A stretch of DNA of 64,000 nt from Octopus vulgaris (GCA_951406725.2 OX597816.1:86118001-86182000); one strand, 5' to 3'; positions 43,425 to 55,651 are shown, counted from the stretch's first letter. Notes: generated by a model from the letters alone, not told the origin. A program made the numbers and translations.

Positions 43425-44385
43425 ACAAGCTACGCTGATAACACAAAAATATCGATGGTTACCCAAACTCCAGAAGATGCCACCAAACTTCAAAATGTTC
43501 TAAGCCTCATTTATCAATAGGACCATAAAAAGAACGTGAAATTTAACAATTCAGGATTTCAGGTTCGGCAATACGGAGGGAATGCATAGGAACCAAATTG
43601 TCTGACACCAGATTATACTATGATTCAAAGTGCTAATGATATACGGAATTTAGGAGTAATCGTTTCAGTTGCTGCATCTTTCATCAGCTACTTCACTAAA
43701 CTGACCTCTGAATGCAAACTTCTCATCGGATGAGTCCTGCGAACTTTCATCAATAAAGAACCGGTAGTTATGCTGACTCGATGGGAAAAAAATTAGTTCT
43801 GAACAGATTAGATTAATGCTCATCGCTATGGTTTCCAAATTCTTCCGGTATCATAGGAGAAAACGCTCGCTCGTAAAACAAATCTCAAATAAAAGTCTTA
43901 ATTACTACGAACGGCTGCGTCTCTAATCTCTTTGGCGCCGAAGAAAGATATATACTATCATATCCGTATTGAAGATTCTGTGTGTGTGCGCGTGTGTGTG
44001 TAGTGGTGGGGTGCAGATATTCCGAATTTCGGCACTACAGAACACTATCAGCTTGCAGTTATTCCACTTTCGAAATCATAAGCAAAACAAGACTCGTACC
44101 ACTCTGATAGCTAGAGGCCTCAGTTGTTCAACTGTCTACGTAAAGAGATCCAGAAATATCCGGAACCTCTACTGAAACATTCGTAACAATAATTCGATAA
44201 ACTCCTAGCGACGATACATGACCAGTCATCGGTCAAGAATACGCTCAAGAAAGATCAGCTGTTAAAAATTCAATCATACATCAACTGTCAAACATAAAGC
44301 AACGAAAAAAAAACCCAGAAAAACTTTAAATTAAGGCGCTTCACTAGAATGGCTGGAGTTTGAAACCACTAACCCGATAAAAGAA
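43425..44385 (+). mobile_element. CR1-group LINE RT/3' relic
   Basis: SYADNTKI..IRNLGVIV..VLRTF..RLD*CSSLW with many stops. Confidence 0.75.
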
Positions 44386-44479
44386 TATAAATACAAATAT
44401 TTTCCTGCCAAATCTCATGCCACATGCGCAAAAAACTTTGAGTGGGAGGTGCCACCACACTTCCTCTGCATCATGCAAG

Positions 44480-45262
44480 ATTTTCGCACCGGGGAACTGC
44501 GTCAATTCTAGGTTGATATACCTAGAGTACAGAGGTGTAGGGTACGCTCGTAATTTTTTTTTTTTTTAGGAAGATGACTGAATGTATCGTGCAGAGTTAT
44601 TGCATCAAATTTTGACAACATCTGGGTGAGACTCAAGCACAAACCATCCAGAAAATTTAACAAAACTCTAGCGATGATGCCATGGGAAATACTTAGAGCA
44701 GGGATTGGTACAAATACTTCAAACATGGCCGCACCTCAGTGGAGAGCGAGGCATGATCCGGTAGGCAAACCAGAAGCCAAAGGGGAGCCCGCTGAGAAGA
44801 TTTCGTGAATAACAATGGAAGACCGTAGTGCCACAATTCAGGAAATTACTCACGTAGTGAGAATCAAATTAGGATCAGTACCTTTCGTTGTAACGGAGGA
44901 TTTGTGGATACGCAGCTTGGCGACGGAAAATTAAATTAGGATTCTTTTTGAACGCACCTCGTAATCAAAGTTTTACGGATCAAGAGAAACACACAACATG
45001 TCTCAACTGCTCCGGCTTGACCCGTGTAGCTTTTGGTTCTTCTGCAAACTAAAAACTATGCTGAAGTCGAAGGGATTTGGGTTGCGAGGGAGGAAATTAG
45101 GAAAAGGGATGGTAGAGCTCCAGTATGTTACCAGTAATGGCAGTACCGTTTAAACAAGTGTATGAACTTTAAAGGTAAGTATATTTAATGTAATTAAATA
45201 AAATGTGTGCTCTATTATTTTTTGAATGCTCATGGTCGGGTATTTTGAACGCACTCTGTATA
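44480..45262 (+). mobile_element. Mariner relic, internally deleted
   Basis: MTECIVQSYCIKF*QHLGETQAQTIQKI N-terminus; PCSFWFFCKLKTML C-terminal motif (APCDFW-type). Confidence 0.7.
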
Positions 45263-45951
45263 TATACATACATATATAAAGCATGGCAGAGTATTAAATA
45301 TTGTGGGTAAGTATCGTCTGTATATGTGTATGTGTGTGTGTTTGTGCGTGTGTGTATGTATGTGTGTGCACGCCGTGATAAAGGCGTAGTATTGTATATG
45401 CGAAAGAACATTCTTATAGAAAAGAATATTATAGCTATCATCAAAACAGCCAAGTGTTATGACGTGGTATCATATGCACCACACTCATTGTTAAATCGGT
45501 GACGCACATTGAATCAAATTCAGTGAGCGAAATATCTAAACACCTACAATTCCTCACACTAGAATAAGCTGTTAATGTTAGCCTTATACTTATTGTACGG
45601 TAAATGGTAAGATAATCAAAAGTATAATGATCTCTATACGCATATTGAAATAATACTCTACTTGTTGAAAAAGTCCATCAGTAATCAGCATAAATTCAAA
45701 GTAATTTAATGTTTTCTATGAAAATCATATTCCACTTGTCAACAATATGCGGCGCTAAAGTATATGAACATCACTTCATCCAGCATATATCACTTTAAAG
45801 GTCTGGAAATTGTGATGATTTTTGCGAGGTTTCTAGTATTCCAAACTATCGGGAAACGACTCTTAGAAAAATGCGAAAATTTCTCTTTAAAATAGAGGTC
45901 GCAGGCGTACTTTCCAGAACGCACTGTAATATTTCCTTTGAAGTCGGTACA

Positions 45952-46042
<91 letters not shown>

Positions 46043-47194
46043 ATGTGCGCGTGTGTCTACATGTGAGTGTGTTTCAGTTTGAATTGGTGATACACATACG
46101 TTTTATTATAATTAGTGTGATAATATTTACTTTCCTTTCATAGATTTTGCGTATATCGTATAAAATTTCTTTATTTTATAAAATTAGGATGAACGAGTAA
46201 TAAATGCTTTGAACATCCATATCTCTCTGAAAAGTTGAAAGGAATATATATCGTTTAATTGGAGATCAAAATATTCAAGAATTAAATTAATTTCAACAGT
46301 GGCTAGGCGAGGTTTGACCCTTCCGTATATGTGTACATGATTAAGGAAATTGTATGGTGTTAATACAGTCTTGCTACGCCTTGTTTAAAGAAATTGTAAA
46401 CATACATTTGCTGTTCAATGGAAGATTAACAGAAAATAAATTAAACGTAATTGTTGAATTTATTGATCGTAAAGCAGTGTAAATATTCTTGAAAAATCCT
46501 CTAATTGAACGTTACAATTCTCATGTATATAATGATGTAAATCCATGATCCCTGATGTCGCTGAAACTTATTAGCAGCTAATGAATATGAAAGACCAGAG
46601 CCCGTATGCGAGATCTAATGAATACAAGTATATAAGTTGTACAAACCATTAATGAGTGAAGTGCAAAAACTAGCAGATGACATATATTCAGACTTATTCA
46701 TGAATAAGTTCACTCTGAAGTATATCCTTAAAGTACTCTCAGCTCCTATATTTGTTTACTTGTATTAGGATATTTTACAGTGTCCCTATAAAGTATCTGG
46801 CCGACGCGACACCACTCCAATGTTTCTAAAAGCCAAACAGAAGAGGTTTTGATATGATGCCATTGACTAAGCTGCGTGGTGTTCAACTGCTTCTCTTCTT
46901 TTGTAGGTATTTAGGTAAGTTTACAATTGTTGGAATATCATAAATGTTTGAATTACAGAATCGATTATTTTAAACATTAAAAAGTGAAATTTAAAATTCA
47001 ATAAGGATTTAACATTTTCAAAAGTTTATCAACGCGTAAGTGTATCATAATTAATCAACAAATGGAGATGAGCATCTTATAGCTCCGTAAACATCGTACA
47101 TATCCGCAGACTTTACTAACCTGAACAATTTAGGTAGTTTATCTAGACGTTATCACAATTGTGCATTTACATTTATATTATTAATATTTATTTT

Positions 47195-47830
47195 AGGCGG
47201 CAAGCTGGTAGAAACGTTACCACGCCGGGCGAAATGCGTAGCCGTATTTCGTCTGCCGTTACGTTCTGAGTTCAAACTCCGCCGAGGTCGACTTTGCCTT
47301 TCATCTTTTTGGGGTCGATAAATTAAGTACCAGTTACGCACTGAGGTCGACATAATTGACTTAATCCGTTTGTCTGTCCTTGTTTGTCCTCTCTGTGTTT
47401 AGCCCCTTGTGTGTAGTAAAGAAACAGGTATTTCGTCTGCCTTTACGTTCTAAGTTCAAATTCCGCCGATGTCGACTTTACCTTTCATTTTTACGGGGTT
47501 GATAAATTAAGTACCAGTTACGCACTGGGGTCGATATAATGGACTTAATCCGTTTGTCTGTTCTTGTTTGTCCTCTTTGTGTTTAGCCTCTTGTGGGTAG
47601 TAAAGAAATAGGTATTTCGTCAGCTGTTAGGTTCTGAATTCAAACTTTTGGAGAGGAGGCCACATGATTAAATCGGCCCCAGTACGCAACTGGTACATGA
47701 TTTCTTGATCCGAAAGTATGAAAGGCAAAATCGACCTCGGCGCAATTTCAACTCAGAACGTAAAGACAGACGAAATACTGCTAAATATTTCGCGCAGAAT
47801 GCTAAAGTTTCTGCCAGCTCACCGCCTTAA
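47195..47830. mobile_element. SINE family C composite: + copy with 184-bp tandem units joined to a - copy
   Basis: GTATTTCGTC recurs at 47244, 47428 and 47612; 47645-47828 is the reverse complement of the head and body. Confidence 0.9.
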
Positions 47831-48413
47831 ACCAAATAAATATTGAATATAAATTCGTCTTAGAGATTTCAATTATTTTTACCCTGCTGTAGATTAAGAA
47901 GAAATAAGTTTAAAGAGAATGACAAAGCTGATATGATTAAGAAATTTTTGAAGATTGTTCCTTTGATTCCAAAACTAACATGATATAATAGTAGTCCGTG
48001 ATGTATACTATTAACATAGAAAATGATCAATCACCTACAATTCTTTCGATATTATTTATTTTTATGTTTCTCATGCTCTCTCCATAAATGACGATTTCAC
48101 ATTTGTCTTAGAATCTCATTTATTGAAGTGTCATTTAATATATAACATTATAATTGTCATATTCTAGTTAGTCAATGTTACTCCAGACGTAGGAGGAGGC
48201 CAATGATTGCTACGTAGATGGCTGAAGAGAAACAGAAGCAACAATTGTAGTGTTTGAAATTTTCTTGAGCGTATGAAAATTGGATTTGAAACAATGAGAG
48301 GTGTTTCGGGCCAGGGTTAATTAACTATATGATTAATCTAATTCTGCGATGGTTGAAATTTCAAACTAACCAAGGAGTGAGAGGAACAGAGAGAGAAAGG
48401 GAGAGAAAGAGAG

Positions 48414-48444
<31 letters not shown>

Positions 48445-50048
48445 AAGAGCGAAAAATAGGGGGAAATAGACAGTGACTAGGAAAAGGTAATTCAGTTTTT
48501 GATAGCGAATCGGCGTCGAGTGAAAGAGCAAAGAAGAAAATTTGTTGGCTTACATCTTATGCTAATAAGATCGAGAAGTTTCATGTATTTTGCAACAAGC
48601 ATGCCAGAACAATGATAGTAATTGCTAACCGTGGGGTGAAGATCAGAAAAAACATACGCATGGCTATACACACAAACACACACAAACACACACACACACA
48701 CACACACGCACACACGCACAATGAAATGAATTCAAAGAAACGCTAGCTCACACACATGAACACTCACGGACAAACACATACACATACAAACACACGTCAT
48801 ATAAAAACACGCACACAAACATACATATATGTTCTATATGGATATGAAGAAGATTTGTTCTTCAGATATTTTATCGAAGAAATTAGGTAGTACGCACACC
48901 CTCTCTCCTTTTCCCTCTCTTCTTATCTCTTTCCCGATGCCCACTCTCTCTTTCACGTTCTCTCTTCTTGAAAGTAGTATGAAAGACATGAAAGTTTAAA
49001 TTGTTGGGGAACATGAAACAAACAGCTGAGACAAACGCACATGATTTTATACGGAATGTACACAGAAGGTCTGTTGAAAGTTAGAAAAGAAGAAAAATTA
49101 ATACCAGGAGAAATTAGGAGCTAATGAATAGGAAAAATGAAATATTATATGAAAGAAAATCTAAATTGCACAAAAACGTTGAAAGAATAGCACAAATTTT
49201 TAATTACGAATGTGACAAACAAATAATATTTTATTAGATGTGGGACTAGAAAACAAGCACACATTTGTTATAGATATAGAGTACTTATATTCATAATGAG
49301 GTTTGCACAAATATTGGTTTGTGTAGATTTTACCGAAATTAGTTTCAGAATATTTGACAAGAAGGTAACAGAATAGGTGCTTGACTAAAACGATGTCACA
49401 GGAACAAATATATCTTCAGTGAAAAACAACATAAAGAAACGTGAGAAGTAATGAAATATGAAATGGAATTAGTTTAAAATTCAAACTAATATAAAATATA
49501 TCCGTTATCTGTTATATATTATTATATACATTATTTCAGAAAAAAAGTATATCAATGAAAATAGAAGAGGAAATTTAACATAGAATTATAGTGGTGTTAT
49601 ATAGCTATCGACCTCATTTTTACCACGCACGTACATACACACCCACGAATACACATACATAGATTCATTTGTATGAGTATATATAAAAACAATTTGAAAT
49701 TAAACTGAAGAATTAATACTTATTAGCAGATTAATACAGATTTAATAAAAGTTTAGATTGAAACAGTGATTATGCAACTGCTTGTTTGCATAATGAGATT
49801 TAGTTGTGTTTCCTCAGGTGATATACGAGTGTTGTCTCCGTTAGTTTAATATCCAATTTCTTCAATTTTACATCCACGCACAGCTAATGACCAAACTTCA
49901 GCTGTGAAGTATATAATACTACTACTGATAGTACTTGGTAATTCTGAACGTGGCCGTGCTTTATACTGCACACTACCACGTTTCTAACGGAATACGATAT
50001 AACTATATATATATATAGGCGTGACCGTGTGGTAAGAAGCTTGCTTCC

Positions 50049-51219
50049 GCGCATGCATTGTCTAATAGTTGTGTGAATTTGTTGAGAGTCGACGGTTTTA
50101 TCATGCTGCTTAGAAAATGTATTCATACCTTAGCGGGTCTGAGTTGTCTTCAGCAGAGGAGGAGCTGGTAAGAGTGGTCGTAAAGATGGACGGAGTGTTG
50201 GAGAAGACATTCTGAGGTCACGGAGATGATGCGAAGGGAGTTAGACTTGGTAGCTGGTCTGATGGCGTATGAGAAGATGGTACAGAAGGTGGCCGGCGAC
50301 TTCCCCAAAAGGAATTATGGAGCGGATGGAGAGAAACACGATCACCTATAAGGTGTTCTCGTTAAACGGTGTTCTTATAAAAAGGTCAAGCAGGTAGAAA
50401 CTGAAATGGAAAAGGCGCTAAAGGAGTGGTCAAAGGAAATAACATACATAACTAAAAGAAGGAGATATGGGACAATAGTCGTTCAGTTTAGGACAGTAGT
50501 GGTGGCGAGGAGGCTGGCGACTGTAGCGGTGAAAATCGAAGTAGTGCTTCTGCACGCATACATTGGAAGAAAGACTTCCAAGGTAAGGATAGTAGCAGTC
50601 CCACCTGATATAGAAGGGGCTTGGGTGGCGGCGGCTGCCCTTATTAGAAGTGAGGAGATAGTGGCTGTCCTTCAAGCCACAGAAACGGAAAAAGGAGGGT
50701 AGAAAGGGAAGATACTAGAACTAATTATACAGGCGGAGGAACAGCATGTGGAGAGTTTGGAAGAGACGGTGACGTTGGGGGAAATTGTGCTGAGAGTATG
50801 GCTAGAGGGCAGAGTACCATGTTGTTTTAAATGTGGCCAAACGTGTCACATTAGCGCATACTGCCCTCTACAAAGGACAATAACAGAGGAAACACTTGTG
50901 GCGACGGAAGAGAAAAGAGAGGAAGAAAAGACAGACGGAGGTAAGGAGGAAAAGGAGGCAGAATGGAGATTAACAGAAAGTAGAAGGAAGAGACGAAAAG
51001 AAAGAACACGGAGTTTGATGTGGCACCCAGCCCAACTCCATCCCACCCAATACCACTCAGACCCATCCATGTTATCATAATTTTAATTTGATTCCATGTT
51101 CATTTTCATGTGTCATTCATATAATATTATATTTTTAGATATTTCTAATTGTTTAATGTCACCACATATATTGTAGTGTCCCCTATATGTAATGCCTTTA
51201 TGGCAAAAATATTGAAATA
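50049..51219 (+). mobile_element. ORF1-only retroposon copy 1 (decayed), 15-bp TSD
   Basis: AAGAAGCTTGCTTCC at 50034-50048 and 51220-51234; 3' TGCCTTTATGGCA (51193-51205) then GAAATAAA. Confidence 0.9.
50406..51080 (+). pseudogene. ORF1/gag-like zinc-knuckle protein, one in-frame TAG
   Basis: ORFs 50406-50702 and 50748-51080 share a frame; PPDIE..W, W.G (TAG in place of W), LEGRVPCCFKCGQTCHISAYCP (CX2CX4HX4C); aligns with 52894-53763. Confidence 0.8.
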
Positions 51220-52195
51220 AAGAAGCTTGCTTCCCAACCATATGGTTCCGCGATCAGCCCCACTGTGTGGCACATTGGACAAATGTCTTCTGCTATAGCC
51301 TCGGGCCGACCAAAACCTTTTGAGTGGATTTGGAAGACGGAAAGTGTCATTAATATGTGTGTGTGTGTGTGTGTGTATGTTTGTGTATCTGTGTTTGTCC
51401 CTCCATATTCGCTTGACAACTGATGATCGTGTGTTTACGTCCCCGTAACTTAGTGGTTCGGCAAAAGAGACGATAGAATAGTACTAGAATTATAAAGAAT
51501 AAGTCTGTTCGACTAAAGGGGGTACTCCAGCATGGCAGCAGTTATATAGCTTAAACAAATAAAAGAATAACAAGAATAATAGAATACACACACAGACACA
51601 AATATATATATATTTATTATATATGTGTATATATATGTAATAATAGAAATAATATATATATAACTAATGTAGGATAAATATTTATTTTTTTTCGAGAAAA
51701 AAATTTTATCAATGGCCAGCATATCAAAAAATACCTTTAAATGTTAAATTTATAAATAATTTACAAAATGAGGGCAAAAGAAAAATTCTAATGCCAAATA
51801 TGCCGAAAAAAAGACAAAAATTGTCAATAACCATTGTAATTTATGCGTCTCGAAACAAACCGATAGAAATTTCTAAAAAATCCGTTATTACCGTATTGGT
51901 CCCAATTTCGGGGTTAATTCATAAGAATTCTCCCCTCTTCAACGATAAATACGCGAGATATAAGTGAAATACTCATACCCATGGAAAAAGCAAGCACTAA
52001 GTCCTGAGCAGACCTAAGTACCCGAAATATATCTAAAATAGAAAATCTTCGGCACATCTCGAGACACGTGTGATTCGAACTAGAAACTTTCACAGAGTGA
52101 GAGAATCCTGAAGTGAACACTATTAAATTTATAACTAATGTACGATAAATTGATAACTAATGTAGGAGTGGCTGTGTGGTAAGTAGCTTGCTAAC

Positions 52196-54388
52196 GCACA
52201 TTCGCAGTTAGTCAGTTGCTTCCTGTTCAGCCAGAGTGGACGCGAGTCAACCAGCTCCGTCCAATTAAAGAAAAAAGACCAAAAACGGAAAGTTGTCGAG
52301 GTAAGTGATTTTGTTTATTGTGAGTTGGGCATAATTTATTGCGTGCCAATTATTATTTCAGTAAGTTGTGTCCAACTCTGAGACAATTTCGCCTGCTCTC
52401 GGCGGCTGCCGTTTTTGTGTTCATTGAAAAAAAAAAGAAAAAACAGTGGAGGGGCGTATCCTCGGAATTCAATACAGTTACTGTTAAAATTACCGTTGGC
52501 GGTAGCCAGTGCTGTGTTTCGGTTTGTTGAATTTATTCCCTTGTCAGAGTACTTCGCAAGAAAATTATAGAAATAAGCCACTATTGGATTACCTTTCGGA
52601 CCCATTTTTGTGGAGGTTGTGTTGCAGTTGCGGCGTTCCAGATTCAACCCAGGCCGGGAGTACCGCAAGGCCAGAATATTTTTGCTGTGTTTTTTCTGTT
52701 TATTAACTTTCTTTTGAACTTCATTTAACACTCCCTTTTGTTTTTTTTCTTTATTGCGACTTTCCGTTGATTTCTTCCCTTCTGTTGTGCTTTCTCCTTT
52801 TTGTATTTTCAAAAATCTATCAAATTTTATTTGGACTTTTGAACTTTTTTCTTCTTGCTTTTTGAGTTTAATTTGAATATATTTAAAAAAAACATGGCAA
52901 TGAAAAATAACAAAATTTTGGAGTGGGAAATCATACCACCTAAAAAGTGGTTAAAAGACCGTGAAGATAGGACGGTGGTGTTGAGAACCTACTCCAAGGC
53001 ACTCGACACCATCGCCCTATTCGAAAAGACGGCAATTGAAAAGGAGTTGGAAGAGTATTTGCCAACAATTAAATTCATTTCCAGGGGTGTCAAATATGCA
53101 ACGGTGTGGTTGCTATTTGACACCCCTGAAGAGGCTTGCAAATTTGCTAGCAAACCCCGGGAGTGTAGGGAAATCTTATTCCTGCCAACGTACAAAAAAA
53201 AGAAATTGATGAAAGCTTGGATCTGCGGGCTGCCACCCGACATAGAACCCGAGTGGATAGAGGAGACTATCCGCCGGGGTCTGGGTGGCAGCGAAACTAA
53301 GCTCCTTAATGTAAAAGTTCTTCCTGCGGCTGCTTGGGTTGGGTCAAAAACAATTTTGACCCTGTGGACCCAATCAGCCAATCTGGTTCTTCCAGATTTT
53401 TTGAAAATGGCCGGGTGCAGGTACCCGGTGATGCTTGAGGGTCGCCCCCCTAAGTGTCATCGGTGCTTGGAGTCCGGCCACATAAAGAAGAACTGTCCCC
53501 GGGAACAAAATAGGATCCCGGAACAGTTAAGTAAAACCCCTCTAGAAGAGGGAATGATAACGGCCGAGAAAGCAGAGGACTCCTCAAACAGAGGCCGAAA
53601 GAGGAAGGTGAGCAACAATGGGTGCTCACCAAAGGATAATAGGGATGAGGATAAGAAGGCGAATCTTCCAGCCACGGAGGAGACGCACCCTCCCTCAGTT
53701 GAAAAGGGAAAAAAAAGAAAAAGAGGAAGAAAAACGGGACATAGCCGGCTGTCAGTGACATAGCACCGGAATGTCCCGGAACTACGTCGGTTGGGGTTGT
53801 TCCACCGACAAGAGAAGGAATACCGTTGGCGGGAACTGTGCCGCCAACGAAAGAACTGAACGTGTTGGTCCTCTTCTATAGAGGAGGCGAAATTGAAAAG
53901 GTGATGGAAGAGCACCACAAGGGAGCACCTTTAGCCTTCACACAGGACCCCGAATGGCCTCCGCAGGTAGCTGTGGAGGCCGTGGCGTTCGACGTGACGT
54001 TTGGGCTAAAGGAGCTCAATGAAGATTATAACTTGGTCCCGGGCGACGCAAACTCGGAACTTGATTACGTTCTGAGGGAGGCGTGGTTGATGGTGGAGGG
54101 CGCGGGCACAAGCTATTTCGAGGACGATATGTAATTATTGAACTGTTATTATTAGTAATGGACTGCTAAGTCCAAAAATTGGAAAAATTGTAAGAGGTTT
54201 AATACCTCGTTTTGTGTTTATCTTTAAAAAGAACAATGTTTTAGAGAAGCGAAAGTCGGCGGGCGCTTTTTGTCTTCTCCCATCCTTATCATCTTTCTTT
54301 CATTATCATTCACTTCATTAATGTCCTCGTCCAGCCTGCAAAGCTAACTTAATCTGTGTACTGCCTTTATGGCAAATGTTTCGAAATA
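52196..54388 (+). mobile_element. ORF1-only retroposon copy 2, 15-bp TSD
   Basis: AAGTAGCTTGCTAAC at 52181-52195 and 54389-54403; about 700-bp 5' UTR; 3' TGCCTTTATGGCA (54362-54374) then GAAATAAA; no RT or EN motifs seen. Confidence 0.92.
52894..53763 (+). CDS. L1/Tx1-type ORF1-like nucleic-acid-binding protein with CCHC knuckle
   Basis: First ATG at 52894; GLPPDIEPEW, LEGRPPKCHRCLESGHIKKNCP (CX2CX4HX4C), basic KRK clusters. An RRM-like fold upstream is inferred only. Confidence 0.8.
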   Translation: MAMKNNKILEWEIIPPKKWLKDREDRTVVLRTYSKALDTIALFEKTAIEKELEEYLPTIKFISRGVKYATVWLLFDTPEEACKFASKPRECREILFLPTYKKKKLMKAWICGLPPDIEPEWIEETIRRGLGGSETKLLNVKVLPAAAWVGSKTILTLWTQSANLVLPDFLKMAGCRYPVMLEGRPPKCHRCLESGHIKKNCPREQNRIPEQLSKTPLEEGMITAEKAEDSSNRGRKRKVSNNGCSPKDNRDEDKKANLPATEETHPPSVEKGKKRKRGRKTGHSRLSVT

Positions 54389-55048
54389 AAGTAGCTTGCT
54401 AACCAACCACATGGTTCCGGGTTCAGTCCCACTGCGTGGGATCTTGGGCAAGTGTCTTCTGCTATAGCCCCGGGCCAACCAATGCCTTGTGAGTGGATTT
54501 GGTAGACGGAAACTGAAAGAAGCCTGTCGTATATATATCTATATATGTATATGCGTATGTGTGTGTGTTTGTCCCCCTAGCATTGCTTTACAACCGATGC
54601 TGGTGTGTTTACATCCTCGTCAATTAGCGGTTCGGCAAAAGCGACCGATAGAATAAATACTGGGCTTACAAAGAATAAGTCCCGGGGTCGATTTGCTCGA
54701 CTAAAGGCGGTGCTCCAGCACGGCCGCAGTCAAATGACTGAAACAAGTAAAAATATATGCTTGACCGCTAAATCCACGATTTGTTTTTATTCTCTGCCTG
54801 TTTATTTTTTCTTACTTCTTTTGTTGTAGGGCTTAGGATCGAAGCGTAAAATTCTTTTTTACTTTCCTGATCGTCAAACTAATGCGCTTGCTTTTTGTTC
54901 GTGCGCCTGTCTTCATCTTCTTTTTTCTTTAAATTTCAGCTATATATATATATATATATATTCTCCCTTCTCGTCTTTCTTCTTCTTCCTCTTCTTCTTC
55001 ATCATCATCATTATCATCATCATCTTCGTCATAATCATCAACATCGTC

Positions 55049-55130
55049 ATCTTCTTCTTCTTCTTCTTCTTCTTCTTCTTCTTCTTCTTCTTCTTCTTCT
55101 TCTTCTTCTTCTTCTGCCTCTTCTTCTTCT
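55049..55130. repeat. (CTT)n microsatellite
   Basis: Directly visible. Confidence 0.95.
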
Positions 55131-55570
55131 GCTCCACCTTCTACCTCTTAACTTTATCACTAATGCTTTTTAGTATAACACCTACGCAAATTTCATAAAC
55201 AAACCTTTCAATAGAAATATTCTCCTGAATTGAACTGCAACTGTTAGCGGTCACTGACCATTCAAAATACGACAATCAAGGCACTCCCAAATTTTTCCAC
55301 CCCCTCTCCTCATCAACCTTCTTCTTCTTCTACCCTACCAAAAATTCACAACGACCTCGAACACACAAGTGCAAAGAAGGGAGACAGAGAAAGGCAGAAT
55401 GCCACTTATATTAGAACAGTATACAAATATTCCTTTAAAAAAAATTTTCTTTTAATTTTTCTAAACTTAATTATTTAATCGTTACATTTAAAAAGGTCTC
55501 AAAATGACCGAAACCGGTACTGAAATGTTCTTTATAAAATTATTTTAGCATTTTCTATCTTGACTTGTTT

Positions 55571-55618
<48 letters not shown>

Positions 55619-55651
55619 AAGTATATACATATATACATATATACACACATA

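Larger units (their letters stand above)
50018..51570 (+). mobile_element. SINE family B split by an insertion at 50049-51219
   Basis: A-box half 50018-50048; remainder resumes at 51220 through tail GTACTCCAGCATGGCAGCAG. Confidence 0.9.
52164..54752 (+). mobile_element. SINE family B split by an insertion at 52196-54388
   Basis: A box TGGCTGTGTGG at 52169-52179; B box GGTTCAGTCCC now at about 54420; full body and tail follow. Confidence 0.92.

Noticed and set aside
47244-47645. CRISPR-like or satellite array
   Set aside because: Whole 184-bp units repeat with no unique spacers; these are SINE-internal duplications in eukaryotic DNA.
53706-53744. G_GGA_AAA slippery site extending the CCHC ORF into the downstream frame
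   Set aside because: The -1 frame hits TAG at 53742 in this copy.
50049-54388. CCHC ORFs as LTR-retrotransposon gag or processed host pseudogenes
   Set aside because: No LTRs, TG..CA ends or poly(A) tails. 15-bp TSDs and an identical target site in two divergent copies fit site-specific non-LTR insertion better.
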